A DNA stretch of 64,000 bases from the NCBI GenBank assembly GCA_020631475.1, contig JAHDHE010000002.1, positions 3,803 to 67,802 of the forward strand, written 5' to 3'. The position numbers were made by a program, and so were the translations under genes. Below, piece by piece: positions 29,123 through 39,098 of this stretch. The first letter of the stretch is position 1; every line of letters begins with the position of its first letter. Source of the DNA: Tenacibaculum sp. GTDB lineage: Bacteria > Bacteroidota > Bacteroidia > Flavobacteriales > Flavobacteriaceae. Under the pieces are notes generated by a model. It was not told the DNA's origin and searched no databases. It saw nothing but the letters and a program-made list of their open reading frames with translations.

Positions 29123-31144
29123 GTGAAAAAGCTATTTACATATACACCTTTTTACTATTTACTTTTTTTAATTATTGGAATTATTATTCAATTCCAATGG
29201 AATCTTTGGACGTTTAGTTTTGAAGCTTTATTCACTATTTTTTTATTTTTAATAATCTTATTATTTATTTTTAAACAGCGCTTAAAAATTGCTTTCAGTA
29301 TTACAACAATATTAGTTTTTATACTAGTAGGCATATCCATCATTGCTATTCAAAATCCTAAAAACTACAACAACTACTACTTTAATAATTATCAAAAAGA
29401 AAGTAATGTAATTCTAACCGTAAAAAAGGTTTTAAAACCAGGTAACTATTATAATAAATATGTAGCTAATGTTACACAAGTAAGTTTAGAAGAAACTACA
29501 GGAAAGATTTTACTGAATATTCAAAAAGATAGCGCGCATATCTCTTTACAAGTAGGAAATCAACTCTTTTTAAAACCAGAATTTAAAGAATTAATTCCTC
29601 CATTAAACCCTTATCAATTTAACTACAAAGATTATTTAGCAAAACAACATATTTATCATCAAATATTCACCAACAAAAGTCAATTTAAGAAAACAAATAA
29701 CTCTCGTTTTTCTTTAATAGAATTATCTGCAACTGTTAGAAGAAAAATTCAAACTTCTTTAAAAAAATATAATTTCTCTAAAAATGAATATGCTGTTATC
29801 AATGCTTTATTGCTGGGACAACGTCAAGAAATATCAAAACAATTATTACAAGATTACACCAATGCTGGAGCGATTCATATCCTAGCAATTTCTGGGTTAC
29901 ATATAGGTATACTATTATTAATCTTATCATTTTTGTTTAAACCAATAGAAAGATTTAAATATGGACGCATACTAAAAAGCATCTTAATTATATTATTGCT
30001 TTGGATGTTTGCTTTCATTGCAGGTTTATCAGCATCGGTTGTAAGAGCTGTAACGATGTTTACTTTTGTAGCAATTGGGTCTTCTTTTAAAAAGAAGAAA
30101 ATAATTGAGCATTCGTTAATCAGTTCAATGTTTTTACTCTTACTTATAAAACCACTTTTTTTATTTGATGTTGGTTTTCAATTAAGTTATTTAGCTGTAT
30201 TCGGAATTATTTGGGTGCAACCATTCCTATACAAATTTTGGAAACCTAAACTTTGGTTAGTAGATAATTTTTGGAGATTATTTACAGTATCTGTTGCTGC
30301 ACAAGCAGGAATATTGCCAATCAGTCTATATTATTTTCATCAATTTCCTGCATTGTTTATTTTATCAAACTTGATTATCATTCCTTTTTTAGGAGGTATT
30401 TTAATTGGAGGAATTATTGTTATTATTCTTTCTCTTTTTAACAGCCTACCTCAGTTTATCGTTGACGTATATAGTTGGGTAATTTCTTTAATGAATAAAA
30501 CTGTGGGTTGGGTTTCAAGTCAAGAAGAATTTCTTTTTAAAGAGATATCGATGTCTTTTATTGAAATGATTGTTTGGTATATTTTTATTGTATTAGCGTT
30601 TCAATTTTTAATACACAAAAGAATAAAACAACTTAAATTCTTTTTAATCTCTATTATTTTAGTTCAATCTGTTTATATTTCTGAAGTATTTCAAAGAAAC
30701 AACAAAGAAGAATTTATAGTTTTTCATAAAAGCAGAAAAAACTTATTTGGCATCAGAAACTCAAAAGAGCTAACAGTATATCATAATCTAGATTCTAGTA
30801 GAATAAACTCCGAAAAGTCAATTATTGGTTATAAAGTAAATGAAAATATCAAAAGTAAATCATCACTTAAAAAACCTACATTGTTAAAGTTTAAGTCTGA
30901 TACTATTTTAATTGTTGATAGTTTAGGTATTTATCAGTTTAAAAACATTAAAAACCCGATAGTTATTTTACAAAACAGTCCGAAAATAAATTTAAATCGA
31001 TTAATTAAAAAATTAAACCCTAAACAAATAGTTGCAGATGGCAGTAACTATAAAAGTTATATAAATAAATGGAGAATGACTTGTGTAAAAAGAAAAACTC
31101 CGTTTCACTACACTGGGCAAAACGGAGCTTATATTTTGAACTAA
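29123..31144 (+). CDS. comEC: ComEC/Rec2 competence protein
   Basis: HILAISGLHIG, SVVRA, GFQLSY; multi-TM. Confidence 0.9.
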   Translation: MKKLFTYTPFYYLLFLIIGIIIQFQWNLWTFSFEALFTIFLFLIILLFIFKQRLKIAFSITTILVFILVGISIIAIQNPKNYNNYYFNNYQKESNVILTVKKVLKPGNYYNKYVANVTQVSLEETTGKILLNIQKDSAHISLQVGNQLFLKPEFKELIPPLNPYQFNYKDYLAKQHIYHQIFTNKSQFKKTNNSRFSLIELSATVRRKIQTSLKKYNFSKNEYAVINALLLGQRQEISKQLLQDYTNAGAIHILAISGLHIGILLLILSFLFKPIERFKYGRILKSILIILLLWMFAFIAGLSASVVRAVTMFTFVAIGSSFKKKKIIEHSLISSMFLLLLIKPLFLFDVGFQLSYLAVFGIIWVQPFLYKFWKPKLWLVDNFWRLFTVSVAAQAGILPISLYYFHQFPALFILSNLIIIPFLGGILIGGIIVIILSLFNSLPQFIVDVYSWVISLMNKTVGWVSSQEEFLFKEISMSFIEMIVWYIFIVLAFQFLIHKRIKQLKFFLISIILVQSVYISEVFQRNNKEEFIVFHKSRKNLFGIRNSKELTVYHNLDSSRINSEKSIIGYKVNENIKSKSSLKKPTLLKFKSDTILIVDSLGIYQFKNIKNPIVILQNSPKINLNRLIKKLNPKQIVADGSNYKSYINKWRMTCVKRKTPFHYTGQNGAYILN

Positions 31145-31150
31145 AATTGG

Positions 31151-31669
31151 TTAGTTTGTGCTTTTAAAATTATTAGCAAAATCTTTCCAACTAGAATTTT
31201 TATAGTTATCATTATTAAAAAAAGCTAAAATTTTTTCAAATTGATCCTTTTTTAAATAACCAGGTACTGTTTGAATTAATTTTTGATCAGTATCGAAAAA
31301 TGCTGTAGATGGGTAACTCATTTTACCTTTCATAATAGCTGCTGCTAACTGATGATATTTAGATCGACCTTCTTGTACAAACTTAAAGGTTTTTCCCTGG
31401 AAATTAATATCCTCTTTACCTTCTCCATTCATTTTTACCGCATAATAATTATTATTTATATACTTAATAATTTCATTATCTGCATAAGTCTTTTTATCCA
31501 TTACCTTACACCAATGACACCAATCTGTATATAAATCAACTAAAATTGGTTTAGGATTTTCTTTACTTTTCTCAATTGCTTTTTCAAAACTTACCCAGTT
31601 TATATCGTTTTGTGCAGTAATTTGTAGTGTCCCTACAAATAAAAATGCTAATACTATTAATTTCTTCAT
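31151..31669 (-). CDS. Exported thioredoxin-family protein
   Basis: Signal peptide; YTDWCHWCKVM. Confidence 0.9.
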   Translation of the reverse strand: MKKLIVLAFLFVGTLQITAQNDINWVSFEKAIEKSKENPKPILVDLYTDWCHWCKVMDKKTYADNEIIKYINNNYYAVKMNGEGKEDINFQGKTFKFVQEGRSKYHQLAAAIMKGKMSYPSTAFFDTDQKLIQTVPGYLKKDQFEKILAFFNNDNYKNSSWKDFANNFKSTN

Positions 31670-31703
31670 ATCTCTTAGGTCTCAATAAGTATTCCAAATT
31701 TAC

Positions 31704-31738
31704 AAAAAAACCTGTCAATTTTTTATAATTGACAGGTT
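31704..31738 (-). terminator. Intrinsic terminator after POT transporters
   Basis: AACCTGTCAATT...AATTGACAGGTT hairpin with U tract on the minus strand. Confidence 0.75.
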
Positions 31739-31767
31739 GTATAAGTTTTTTTTAACTTTTAATTGGG

Positions 31768-33531
31768 TTATTTCACCCCATGCATTAGTTTTTTAATCAC
31801 TGGATATAATGCAGCTGATAACACCGCTAAACCTACAGAAACTGCTGTTAAAATCCAGAAGAAAGTGCTCAATCCACTTTCTTGAGCAATTGCTTCAGAC
31901 GATTCTGCAAATACACCAGCTAATTTCATACCAATAGCAACTGCTAAATACCAAATACCAAACATAAATGCGATCATACGACCTGGTACTAATTTAGATA
32001 CATATGACAATGCTACTGGCGACACACATAATTCTCCCATTGTATGGAAAAAATATACTAAAATTAACCAGATCATACTTACTGATGCTGTTTTAGCTCC
32101 TACAGGAATACCTGCTGAACCTATTGCAACACAAGCCATACCTAAACCTAATAATCCCATACCAATTGCCCACTTCATGTTTGCGTTTGGATTATACTTA
32201 CTCTCCCACCATTTAGAAAATAATGGTGCTAGCGTAATAATAAATAATGAGTTTAATATTGAGAACCAAGATGCTGGAACTTCAGTAGTGTCTTTTTGAA
32301 ATTCTGCATATAACATCCAAATTGCAATACCCCAAACAATTATAAAACTTAATGCTAAGAATATGTTTGATAAAGCATATTTACCAAATGTCTTTTTAAA
32401 TAATAGGTATAATACCCAAGTTATAATCCCTAAAGGCACTATAGTCATTAATGAATTTACAATTTTAAAAATTGTTCCTGCACTACCCTCTAAAGTACGT
32501 TGTGTATAATCTTTAGCAAATACGGTAAGTGAACTTGGTGATTGTTCAAAAATTGCCCAGAAGAAAATCGTAACAAAAGCGAAGAAAATTACTGCTAACA
32601 TCCTATCTCTTAATACTGGAGTATATTTAGGAATTCTAATTATTAATAAAGCTAAAAACAACCCTAAAGCTATTAAGATAGCAATGTTAGTACCTGACAA
32701 TCCAGCTATTTCAAATGGAAATAAATTATATTTACCTTCAGATATTTTTGATATCGGATCGTTAAATACCCAAGCTAAACCTAATAAAGAAGAAATAGCA
32801 ATCATTATTTTTTGAGTTCCTGTAAATGGATTTCTTCCTTCTTCATCAGAAGTGTTTTCTGAAGTTACATCATCAATTAGATCAATATTTTTATTTTTAG
32901 GTCCGTCACCAATTTTTCCGAAAATCCCTTGAGCAAACCAGAATTGTAACATTCCGAATAACATAAAGATACCTGCTACACCGAACCCCCAAGACCAACC
33001 GATCTTTTCACCTAAGTAACCACATAATAAAATACCTAAGAAAGCTCCTGCATTTACCCCCATATAAAATATAGTGTAAGCTCCATCTTTCTTTTCAGCT
33101 TTTCCTTCATACATTTCAGATATAATAGAAGTCATATTTGGCTTAAAAAAACCACTACCAATAACTAATAAACCTAAACCTGCATAGATAAAGAATGGAG
33201 TTTCTACCGCCATACAACCATGGCCTAAAGTCATTAATACAGCTCCCCAAACTACAGCTTTACGAATACCAATAACATTATCGGCAAAATAACCACCTAC
33301 CATAGTAGATAAATACACTAATGATGTATATGTACCAAAGATTGCATATGCCCATTCCCTTGGCCACCCCCAACCTTCATCCATTAATGATGCGGTGAAA
33401 AACAAGATTAATAATGCACGCATTCCGTAATACGAAAAACGTTCCCACATTTCAGTAAAGAACAACACAAACAATCCTGCTGGATGCCCTAATACTTTGT
33501 CTTTAAATAGATTTTCAATATCTGTATTCAT
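31768..33531 (-). CDS. POT/PTR-family peptide:H+ symporter
   Basis: EMWERFSYYGMR, FYMGVNAG, GELCVSP. Confidence 0.94.
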   Translation of the reverse strand: MNTDIENLFKDKVLGHPAGLFVLFFTEMWERFSYYGMRALLILFFTASLMDEGWGWPREWAYAIFGTYTSLVYLSTMVGGYFADNVIGIRKAVVWGAVLMTLGHGCMAVETPFFIYAGLGLLVIGSGFFKPNMTSIISEMYEGKAEKKDGAYTIFYMGVNAGAFLGILLCGYLGEKIGWSWGFGVAGIFMLFGMLQFWFAQGIFGKIGDGPKNKNIDLIDDVTSENTSDEEGRNPFTGTQKIMIAISSLLGLAWVFNDPISKISEGKYNLFPFEIAGLSGTNIAILIALGLFLALLIIRIPKYTPVLRDRMLAVIFFAFVTIFFWAIFEQSPSSLTVFAKDYTQRTLEGSAGTIFKIVNSLMTIVPLGIITWVLYLLFKKTFGKYALSNIFLALSFIIVWGIAIWMLYAEFQKDTTEVPASWFSILNSLFIITLAPLFSKWWESKYNPNANMKWAIGMGLLGLGMACVAIGSAGIPVGAKTASVSMIWLILVYFFHTMGELCVSPVALSYVSKLVPGRMIAFMFGIWYLAVAIGMKLAGVFAESSEAIAQESGLSTFFWILTAVSVGLAVLSAALYPVIKKLMHGVK

Positions 33532-33564
33532 ATTTCTGTTATATAGTTTATAAGTTTTTATTTT

Positions 33565-35130
33565 TTAATGTTTTTCTTCAATTAAAATTTCGTCTTCTCC
33601 ACTTTCATCTACATCAACACCATGCATCATTTTCTTTACCAAAGGAGATAGAGCTAATAATAAAATTCCGAAACCTACTCCTGTATATAATAAATACTCA
33701 AATAATTGTAAATAACTTTCTTTTGCTAAGCCAAGATCTGGTGCAGTTCCATTAGATGTATCTACTGATGCTATATTTGCTAAAATTGATGCTATAAATT
33801 CTGAACTAGCTGTTGCTAAAAACCAAACTCCCATCATAAATCCTACTATTTTAGGTGGTGATAATTTAGTTACTGCTGACAACCCAACTGGAGATAAACA
33901 TAATTCTCCACAGGTATGTAAAAAGTATGTTATAACTAACCAAAAGATTGCTACTTTTCCTAATCCAGATGCGTTAATACCTAGCACTAATGATCCAAAC
34001 CCTAAACCTACTAATATTAAAGCTAAAGAAAATTTCACTGCTGTATTAGGGTTATATTTACCTAACTTTACCCATAACCAAGCAAAAACCGGAGCTAATA
34101 AAATAATAAATAACGCATTTAAACTCAAGAAAGTTCCAGCTGCTATTTCTCCTCTATCTAAAACTCTATCAGCAAATAAATTTAATGATGTATAAGCTTG
34201 CTCGAATAATGCCCAAAAAATAACTGTAAAAACAATTAAAATAGTAAGAGCAAATAGCTGCTGCCTAGCTACTTTATCTAATTCTGTTACAGCGTAATAA
34301 ACAATATAAATAACCGATGCTGCTCCCGCAATCATTAACGACATTGAAACTGCTTCGTGCCTTTGTACCATTTGCCAAAAAACAACTGTTGACAATATAC
34401 TTGCTAAATAAATTAACCACTCATTTTTTATACCAAACGTTACTTTATTTAATAACTCAGGAGCACTAGACTCTCCTTTGCCCATTAAATATTTCTTCCC
34501 TACAATGAAAGTGGTCAAACCAAGAGCCATACCAACACCTGCTGCTCCAAATCCATAACTCCAACCATACTCTTCTCCTAACCAAACACAGATAATTGTT
34601 GCTAAAAAAGATCCTAAATTGATTCCCATATAAAAAATAGTAAAACCAGAATCTCTTCTCTTATCACCTACTTTATACAACTCTCCTACTAAAGAGGATA
34701 TATTCGCCTTTAAAAAACCTACTCCTAAAATTATCAATGCCAATGAGAAATAAAACACTTGTAAAGCAGTATTATCTCTCGTTATTTCACCAGTCATTGA
34801 TTCTGTTGCTGCATTACCCTCATAAGCCATACCTAAATGACCCAAAACCAACATAATACCTCCAAAAACAATAGCTTTTCTAAATCCTAAATATTTATCA
34901 GCAATAAAACCACCTATTACTGGAACCGCATATACTAACGCAGCATAACTACCTATTAATAAATTACCTGCACTATCAGAAAATAAATGATATTTTGTTA
35001 AATAAAATATTAAAAGAGCCTTCATTCCATAGAATGAAAAACGCTCCCACATCTCTGTAAAGAATAGTATAAATAACCCTATTGGGTGTCCAAATAATTC
35101 TTTTTCCTTAATAGAAGTTGAATTTGCCAT
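33565..35130 (-). CDS. POT/PTR-family peptide:H+ symporter
   Basis: EMWERFSFYGMK, FYMGINLG, GELCLSPVG. Confidence 0.94.
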   Translation of the reverse strand: MANSTSIKEKELFGHPIGLFILFFTEMWERFSFYGMKALLIFYLTKYHLFSDSAGNLLIGSYAALVYAVPVIGGFIADKYLGFRKAIVFGGIMLVLGHLGMAYEGNAATESMTGEITRDNTALQVFYFSLALIILGVGFLKANISSLVGELYKVGDKRRDSGFTIFYMGINLGSFLATIICVWLGEEYGWSYGFGAAGVGMALGLTTFIVGKKYLMGKGESSAPELLNKVTFGIKNEWLIYLASILSTVVFWQMVQRHEAVSMSLMIAGAASVIYIVYYAVTELDKVARQQLFALTILIVFTVIFWALFEQAYTSLNLFADRVLDRGEIAAGTFLSLNALFIILLAPVFAWLWVKLGKYNPNTAVKFSLALILVGLGFGSLVLGINASGLGKVAIFWLVITYFLHTCGELCLSPVGLSAVTKLSPPKIVGFMMGVWFLATASSEFIASILANIASVDTSNGTAPDLGLAKESYLQLFEYLLYTGVGFGILLLALSPLVKKMMHGVDVDESGEDEILIEEKH

Positions 35131-35134
35131 AGTT

Positions 35135-37279
35135 TTATAAATTGTTTTTAATAAAGTTTGTCATTTTTGTGTACAAATGTAAACGAGTATTACCACCATA
35201 AATTCCGTGATTTTTATCTGGGTACATTCCCCATTCGAATTGCTTATTTGCTTGAATTAATGCTTCTGCCATTCTATATGCATTTTGTACATGTACATTA
35301 TCGTCACCTGTTCCGTGAATTAATAAGTATTTTCCTTTTAATAACTCTGGATAGTTTAAAGGAGAATTCGCATCATATCCTTCTGGATTTTCTTCTGGAG
35401 TTCTCATATAACGCTCTGTATAAATGGTATCATAAAAACGCCATGTAGTAACAGGTGCTACTGCAATTGCTGCAGCAAAAACATCATTTCCCTTTAACAA
35501 GCAATTGGTACTCATATGACCTCCGAAAGACCATCCCCAAATTCCAATTCTTTTAGCATCTACATATGGTAATTCTGTTAATTTTTTAGCTACAGCTATT
35601 TGATCTTCTGTTTCGTGCTTTACCAAATTCATATACGTTACTTTTTTAAAGTCACGTCCTTTTAAACCTGTTCCTCTACCATCAACACAAACAACAATAT
35701 ATCCGTTTTGTGCTAACATTTGATGCCAATAATCATTCGCACTATTCCAGCTATTTTTCACATTCTGTGATCCAGGACCAGAATATTGATACATTAATAC
35801 AGGATACTTTTTATTTGCATCAAAATTAGCAGGCTTAATGGTATACATATTTAAATCGTTTCCATTAATGTTAATTGTAGAAAATTCTTTTTTGCTTAAA
35901 TTATAACCAGCAACAACCTCTTTTAAAGCTGCATTGTCTTTAATTGTTTTTAATACTTTTCCTGCATCATTTCTTAAAGAATATACATTTGGAGTGTTTG
36001 CATCAGAAAACGTATTGATAAAATAGTGCATATTTTTACTAAACGACGCTCTATTTGTTCCTGAAGGATTGCTTAAAAGTTTTTTATTTTCTCCAGCTAA
36101 AGAAACACTATAAACACCTCTATTAATAGATCCGTTTTCTACAGATTGATAATAGATTGTTTTCTTGTCTGCGTCAAAACCATAATAAGAAGTTACCTCC
36201 CAATTACCTTTTGTTACTTGATTAATTAATTCACCTTTTTTATTGTAGTGATAAATATGATTGTATCCATCTTTTTCACTTGTCCAAATAAAACTATTGT
36301 CATTTAAAAAAGTTAAATCATCGGTTACATCAACATACGCTTTATCTGTTTCATTTAAAATTAATGTAGTACTGTATGTTTTAGCATTTATAAAGTACAT
36401 TTTTAAATCATTTTGATGACGGTTTAAAGTACGCACTGATAAAATATTATCATCTTTAGTCCAATTAATTCTTGGTATGTATTCGTATTCTCCAAAAATA
36501 ATTTTTGCAGTTCCGTTAGTAGTTAAAGAATATACATGTAAAGTTACTTTTGCATTATCTTCTCCTGCTTTTGGGTATTTAAATACTTCTTGCGTTGGGT
36601 ATTTTCCTTTACCATACACATCCATAGAAAATGTTTTCACAGCACTTTCATCAAAACGTAAAAATGCAAGATTATTACCGTCTGCACTCCACTCAAACGC
36701 TCTTACAAAACCAAATTCTTCTTCGTAAACCCAGTCGGTAACACCATTTATTATTTCATTTTTCTTACCATCATTTGTAATTTGAACAAGTGTGTTAGAC
36801 GAAAAATCTCTTATAAATAAATTGTTATCTTTCGAGTAAGCTACCCTTTTACTATCTGGTGAAAAAGTTGGTTCCTGAATGTCTTCTCCAATCAGCTTTA
36901 GTGATTTTGTTGCGATATCATACACGTAAAATGTGCCTAAAAAAGAATGACGGAATATTGGCTTGAAGTTAGTTCCTAAAATTAATTTAGTTTCATCATT
37001 ATTAAAACTATATGAGTTAAATGATTTTAAACCATTTAAATCTTTACTATCAACAATTGTAGCTACTTTTTCTAAAGTCTTATAACTATATTTATCTACT
37101 GAAGTTGTTCCGTTATCATAGTTTAATAATGAATAAAAATCTCCATTCATTGAATTTAGAGAATTCATGTAATCGGCTCTAAACGTGCCTTTTTTCCATA
37201 TATCTTCTAAAGAAATATCTTTTTTCTGAGCTTGTAAAAGCGAAGATATCCCTATAAAAAATATTAATATTTTTTTCAT
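35135..37279 (-). CDS. dpp4: Dipeptidyl peptidase IV (S9B)
   Basis: DWVYEEE, GWSFGG, DDNVH, catalytic His; start set at MKKIL signal peptide (37279). Confidence 0.93.
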   Translation of the reverse strand: MKKILIFFIGISSLLQAQKKDISLEDIWKKGTFRADYMNSLNSMNGDFYSLLNYDNGTTSVDKYSYKTLEKVATIVDSKDLNGLKSFNSYSFNNDETKLILGTNFKPIFRHSFLGTFYVYDIATKSLKLIGEDIQEPTFSPDSKRVAYSKDNNLFIRDFSSNTLVQITNDGKKNEIINGVTDWVYEEEFGFVRAFEWSADGNNLAFLRFDESAVKTFSMDVYGKGKYPTQEVFKYPKAGEDNAKVTLHVYSLTTNGTAKIIFGEYEYIPRINWTKDDNILSVRTLNRHQNDLKMYFINAKTYSTTLILNETDKAYVDVTDDLTFLNDNSFIWTSEKDGYNHIYHYNKKGELINQVTKGNWEVTSYYGFDADKKTIYYQSVENGSINRGVYSVSLAGENKKLLSNPSGTNRASFSKNMHYFINTFSDANTPNVYSLRNDAGKVLKTIKDNAALKEVVAGYNLSKKEFSTININGNDLNMYTIKPANFDANKKYPVLMYQYSGPGSQNVKNSWNSANDYWHQMLAQNGYIVVCVDGRGTGLKGRDFKKVTYMNLVKHETEDQIAVAKKLTELPYVDAKRIGIWGWSFGGHMSTNCLLKGNDVFAAAIAVAPVTTWRFYDTIYTERYMRTPEENPEGYDANSPLNYPELLKGKYLLIHGTGDDNVHVQNAYRMAEALIQANKQFEWGMYPDKNHGIYGGNTRLHLYTKMTNFIKNNL

Positions 37280-37391
37280 ATTACCTTGTTGTTTGTGTAA
37301 AAAGTTTGCCAAGTTTACGGAAAAATCAGCAAAAATCATCCCAAAAAGATTAGAAATCCTAAATAAGAAGCCTATTTTAACAGGATTCATT

Positions 37392-37399
37392 TATCTTTG
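37392..37399 (+). promoter_or_regulatory. -7 promoter box for the HMG-CoA reductase operon
   Basis: TATCTTTG, 23 nt before the ATG. Confidence 0.55.
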
Positions 37400-37422
37400 A
37401 GCCACTCAAAATAAACTTAAGA

Positions 37423-38694
37423 ATGTCTAAAATTATTTCTGGATTTTCGAAACTTACTAAAGAAGAAAAAATTGATTGGTTAGCTAAAACATATTTTAAT
37501 AACCAACCCGAAATTATACAAACACTAAAACAATATTGGAATGTTAATGGTGAACTACAACAATTACATGATGATTTTATAGAGAATACCATTTCTAACT
37601 TTTACATGCCATATGGTATTGCTCCTAATTTTGTTATTAACGGACAAGATTATGTAATACCAATGGTAGTTGAAGAAAGCTCGGTAGTTGCAGCAGCTTC
37701 TTTAGTTGCTAAATACTGGAGTACTCGTGGTGGTTTTAAAGCTGAAGTAATTTCTACTACTAAAATTGGTCAAGTACATTTTATGTATTCTGGTGACAAA
37801 AAAGATTTAGAAACTTATTTTAATCAGAGAAAAAGCGAATTATATACAGCTACATCTTCCATAACTAAGAACATGGAAAAACGCGGTGGTGGTATTTTAG
37901 ATATTTTTTTAGTTGATAAAACAGATAAACTCGCTAATTACTATCAGCTTCATGTTACTTTCGAAACTAAAGATAGCATGGGAGCTAATTTTATCAATTC
38001 TTGTTTAGAGGTTATTGCTAAAACTTTTAGACGTAATGATATTGAAATTGTAATGAGCATACTTTCTAACTACGTTCCCGAATGTACAGTTAGAGCAGAG
38101 GTAAGTTGCAAGGTAGAAGATTTAGGTGGAGAAAATCCGCAGAAATTTGCTGAAAAATTTGAGCAAGCTGTTAAAATAGCGGAAATAGAACCTTATCGCG
38201 CTGTAACTCATAACAAAGGAATTATGAATGGTATTGATGCTGTTGTTTTAGCTACTGGAAATGATTTTAGAGCTATTGAAGCCGGTGCACATGCTTATGC
38301 TTCAAAAGATGGACAATATCAAAGTTTAACACATTGTACTGTAAAAGATGGTGTTTTTAAATTTTGGATTGAGATTCCGTTAGCATTAGGTACCGTTGGT
38401 GGTTTAACCTCTTTACATCCTATGGCAAAATTATCGTTAGATATGATGCAAAAACCTAGCGCCAAAGATTTAATGAAAATTATAGCTACTGCTGGTTTAG
38501 CTCAAAACTTTGCTGCATTACGTGCATTGACAACTAAAGGAATTCAGCATGGACATATGAAAATGCACTTGCAAAATATTTTAAATCAACTAGGAGCATC
38601 AGTTGATGAAAAGGAAACAATTACAACTTACTTTGAAGATAAAACAGTTTCTCATAGTGCTGTAGTTGATAAATTTAATGAATTAAGAAAGTAG
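37423..38694 (+). CDS. mvaA: HMG-CoA reductase (class II)
   Basis: EESSVVAA, DSMGAN, THNKGIMNG, GNDFRA, GIQHGHMKMH. Confidence 0.93.
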   Translation: MSKIISGFSKLTKEEKIDWLAKTYFNNQPEIIQTLKQYWNVNGELQQLHDDFIENTISNFYMPYGIAPNFVINGQDYVIPMVVEESSVVAAASLVAKYWSTRGGFKAEVISTTKIGQVHFMYSGDKKDLETYFNQRKSELYTATSSITKNMEKRGGGILDIFLVDKTDKLANYYQLHVTFETKDSMGANFINSCLEVIAKTFRRNDIEIVMSILSNYVPECTVRAEVSCKVEDLGGENPQKFAEKFEQAVKIAEIEPYRAVTHNKGIMNGIDAVVLATGNDFRAIEAGAHAYASKDGQYQSLTHCTVKDGVFKFWIEIPLALGTVGGLTSLHPMAKLSLDMMQKPSAKDLMKIIATAGLAQNFAALRALTTKGIQHGHMKMHLQNILNQLGASVDEKETITTYFEDKTVSHSAVVDKFNELRK

Positions 38695-39098
38695 CTTCGA
38701 CTTCGCTCAGCTACCAAAAAACTAAATGAAGATATGCCTATAGGTTTTGTTTATATTTTAGAATGTTCTGATGGAAGTTTTTATACTGGTAGCACTATCA
38801 ACTTAGAAAAAAGGTTATTTGAACATCATAGCGGACAAGGCGCAAGACATACTAAAGCTAGATTACCTGTTAACTTAGTTTATATAGAAAAGTTTCAAGA
38901 AATTCATCAAGCGTTTTATAGAGAAAAGCAAATTCAAGGTTGGTCTAGAAAAAAGAAAATCGCACTAATTCAACAAAACTACGAACTATTGCCTAAACTT
39001 TCAGAGTGCCAAAACAAAACACACTATAAGTTAAAAAAATTACGCTAGTCATGAAAAAATCCACAAACAATTTGGTAACTGAGCGTAGTCGAAGTTAC
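38691..39098. mobile_element. Candidate mobile cassette: GIY-YIG gene flanked by 28-bp inverted REP-like hairpins
   Basis: GTAGCTTCGACTTCGCTCAGCTACCAAA (38691-38718) vs TTTGGTAACTGAGCGTAGTCGAAGTTAC (39071-39098): 25/28 complementary. Confidence 0.6.
38734..39048 (+). CDS. Small GIY-YIG nuclease (UPF0213/YhbQ-like)
   Basis: FVYIL...FYTGST..RL..H...G...T, A..REKQI.GWSRKKK.ALI. Confidence 0.92.
   Translation: MPIGFVYILECSDGSFYTGSTINLEKRLFEHHSGQGARHTKARLPVNLVYIEKFQEIHQAFYREKQIQGWSRKKKIALIQQNYELLPKLSECQNKTHYKLKKLR

Noticed and set aside
37280-37390. Long N-terminal extensions in the ORF track (dpp4 37390, BlaI 26449, 48511, 55076)
   Set aside because: Downstream ATGs give proper signal peptides or family N-termini, and the extensions overlap promoters or adjacent genes.
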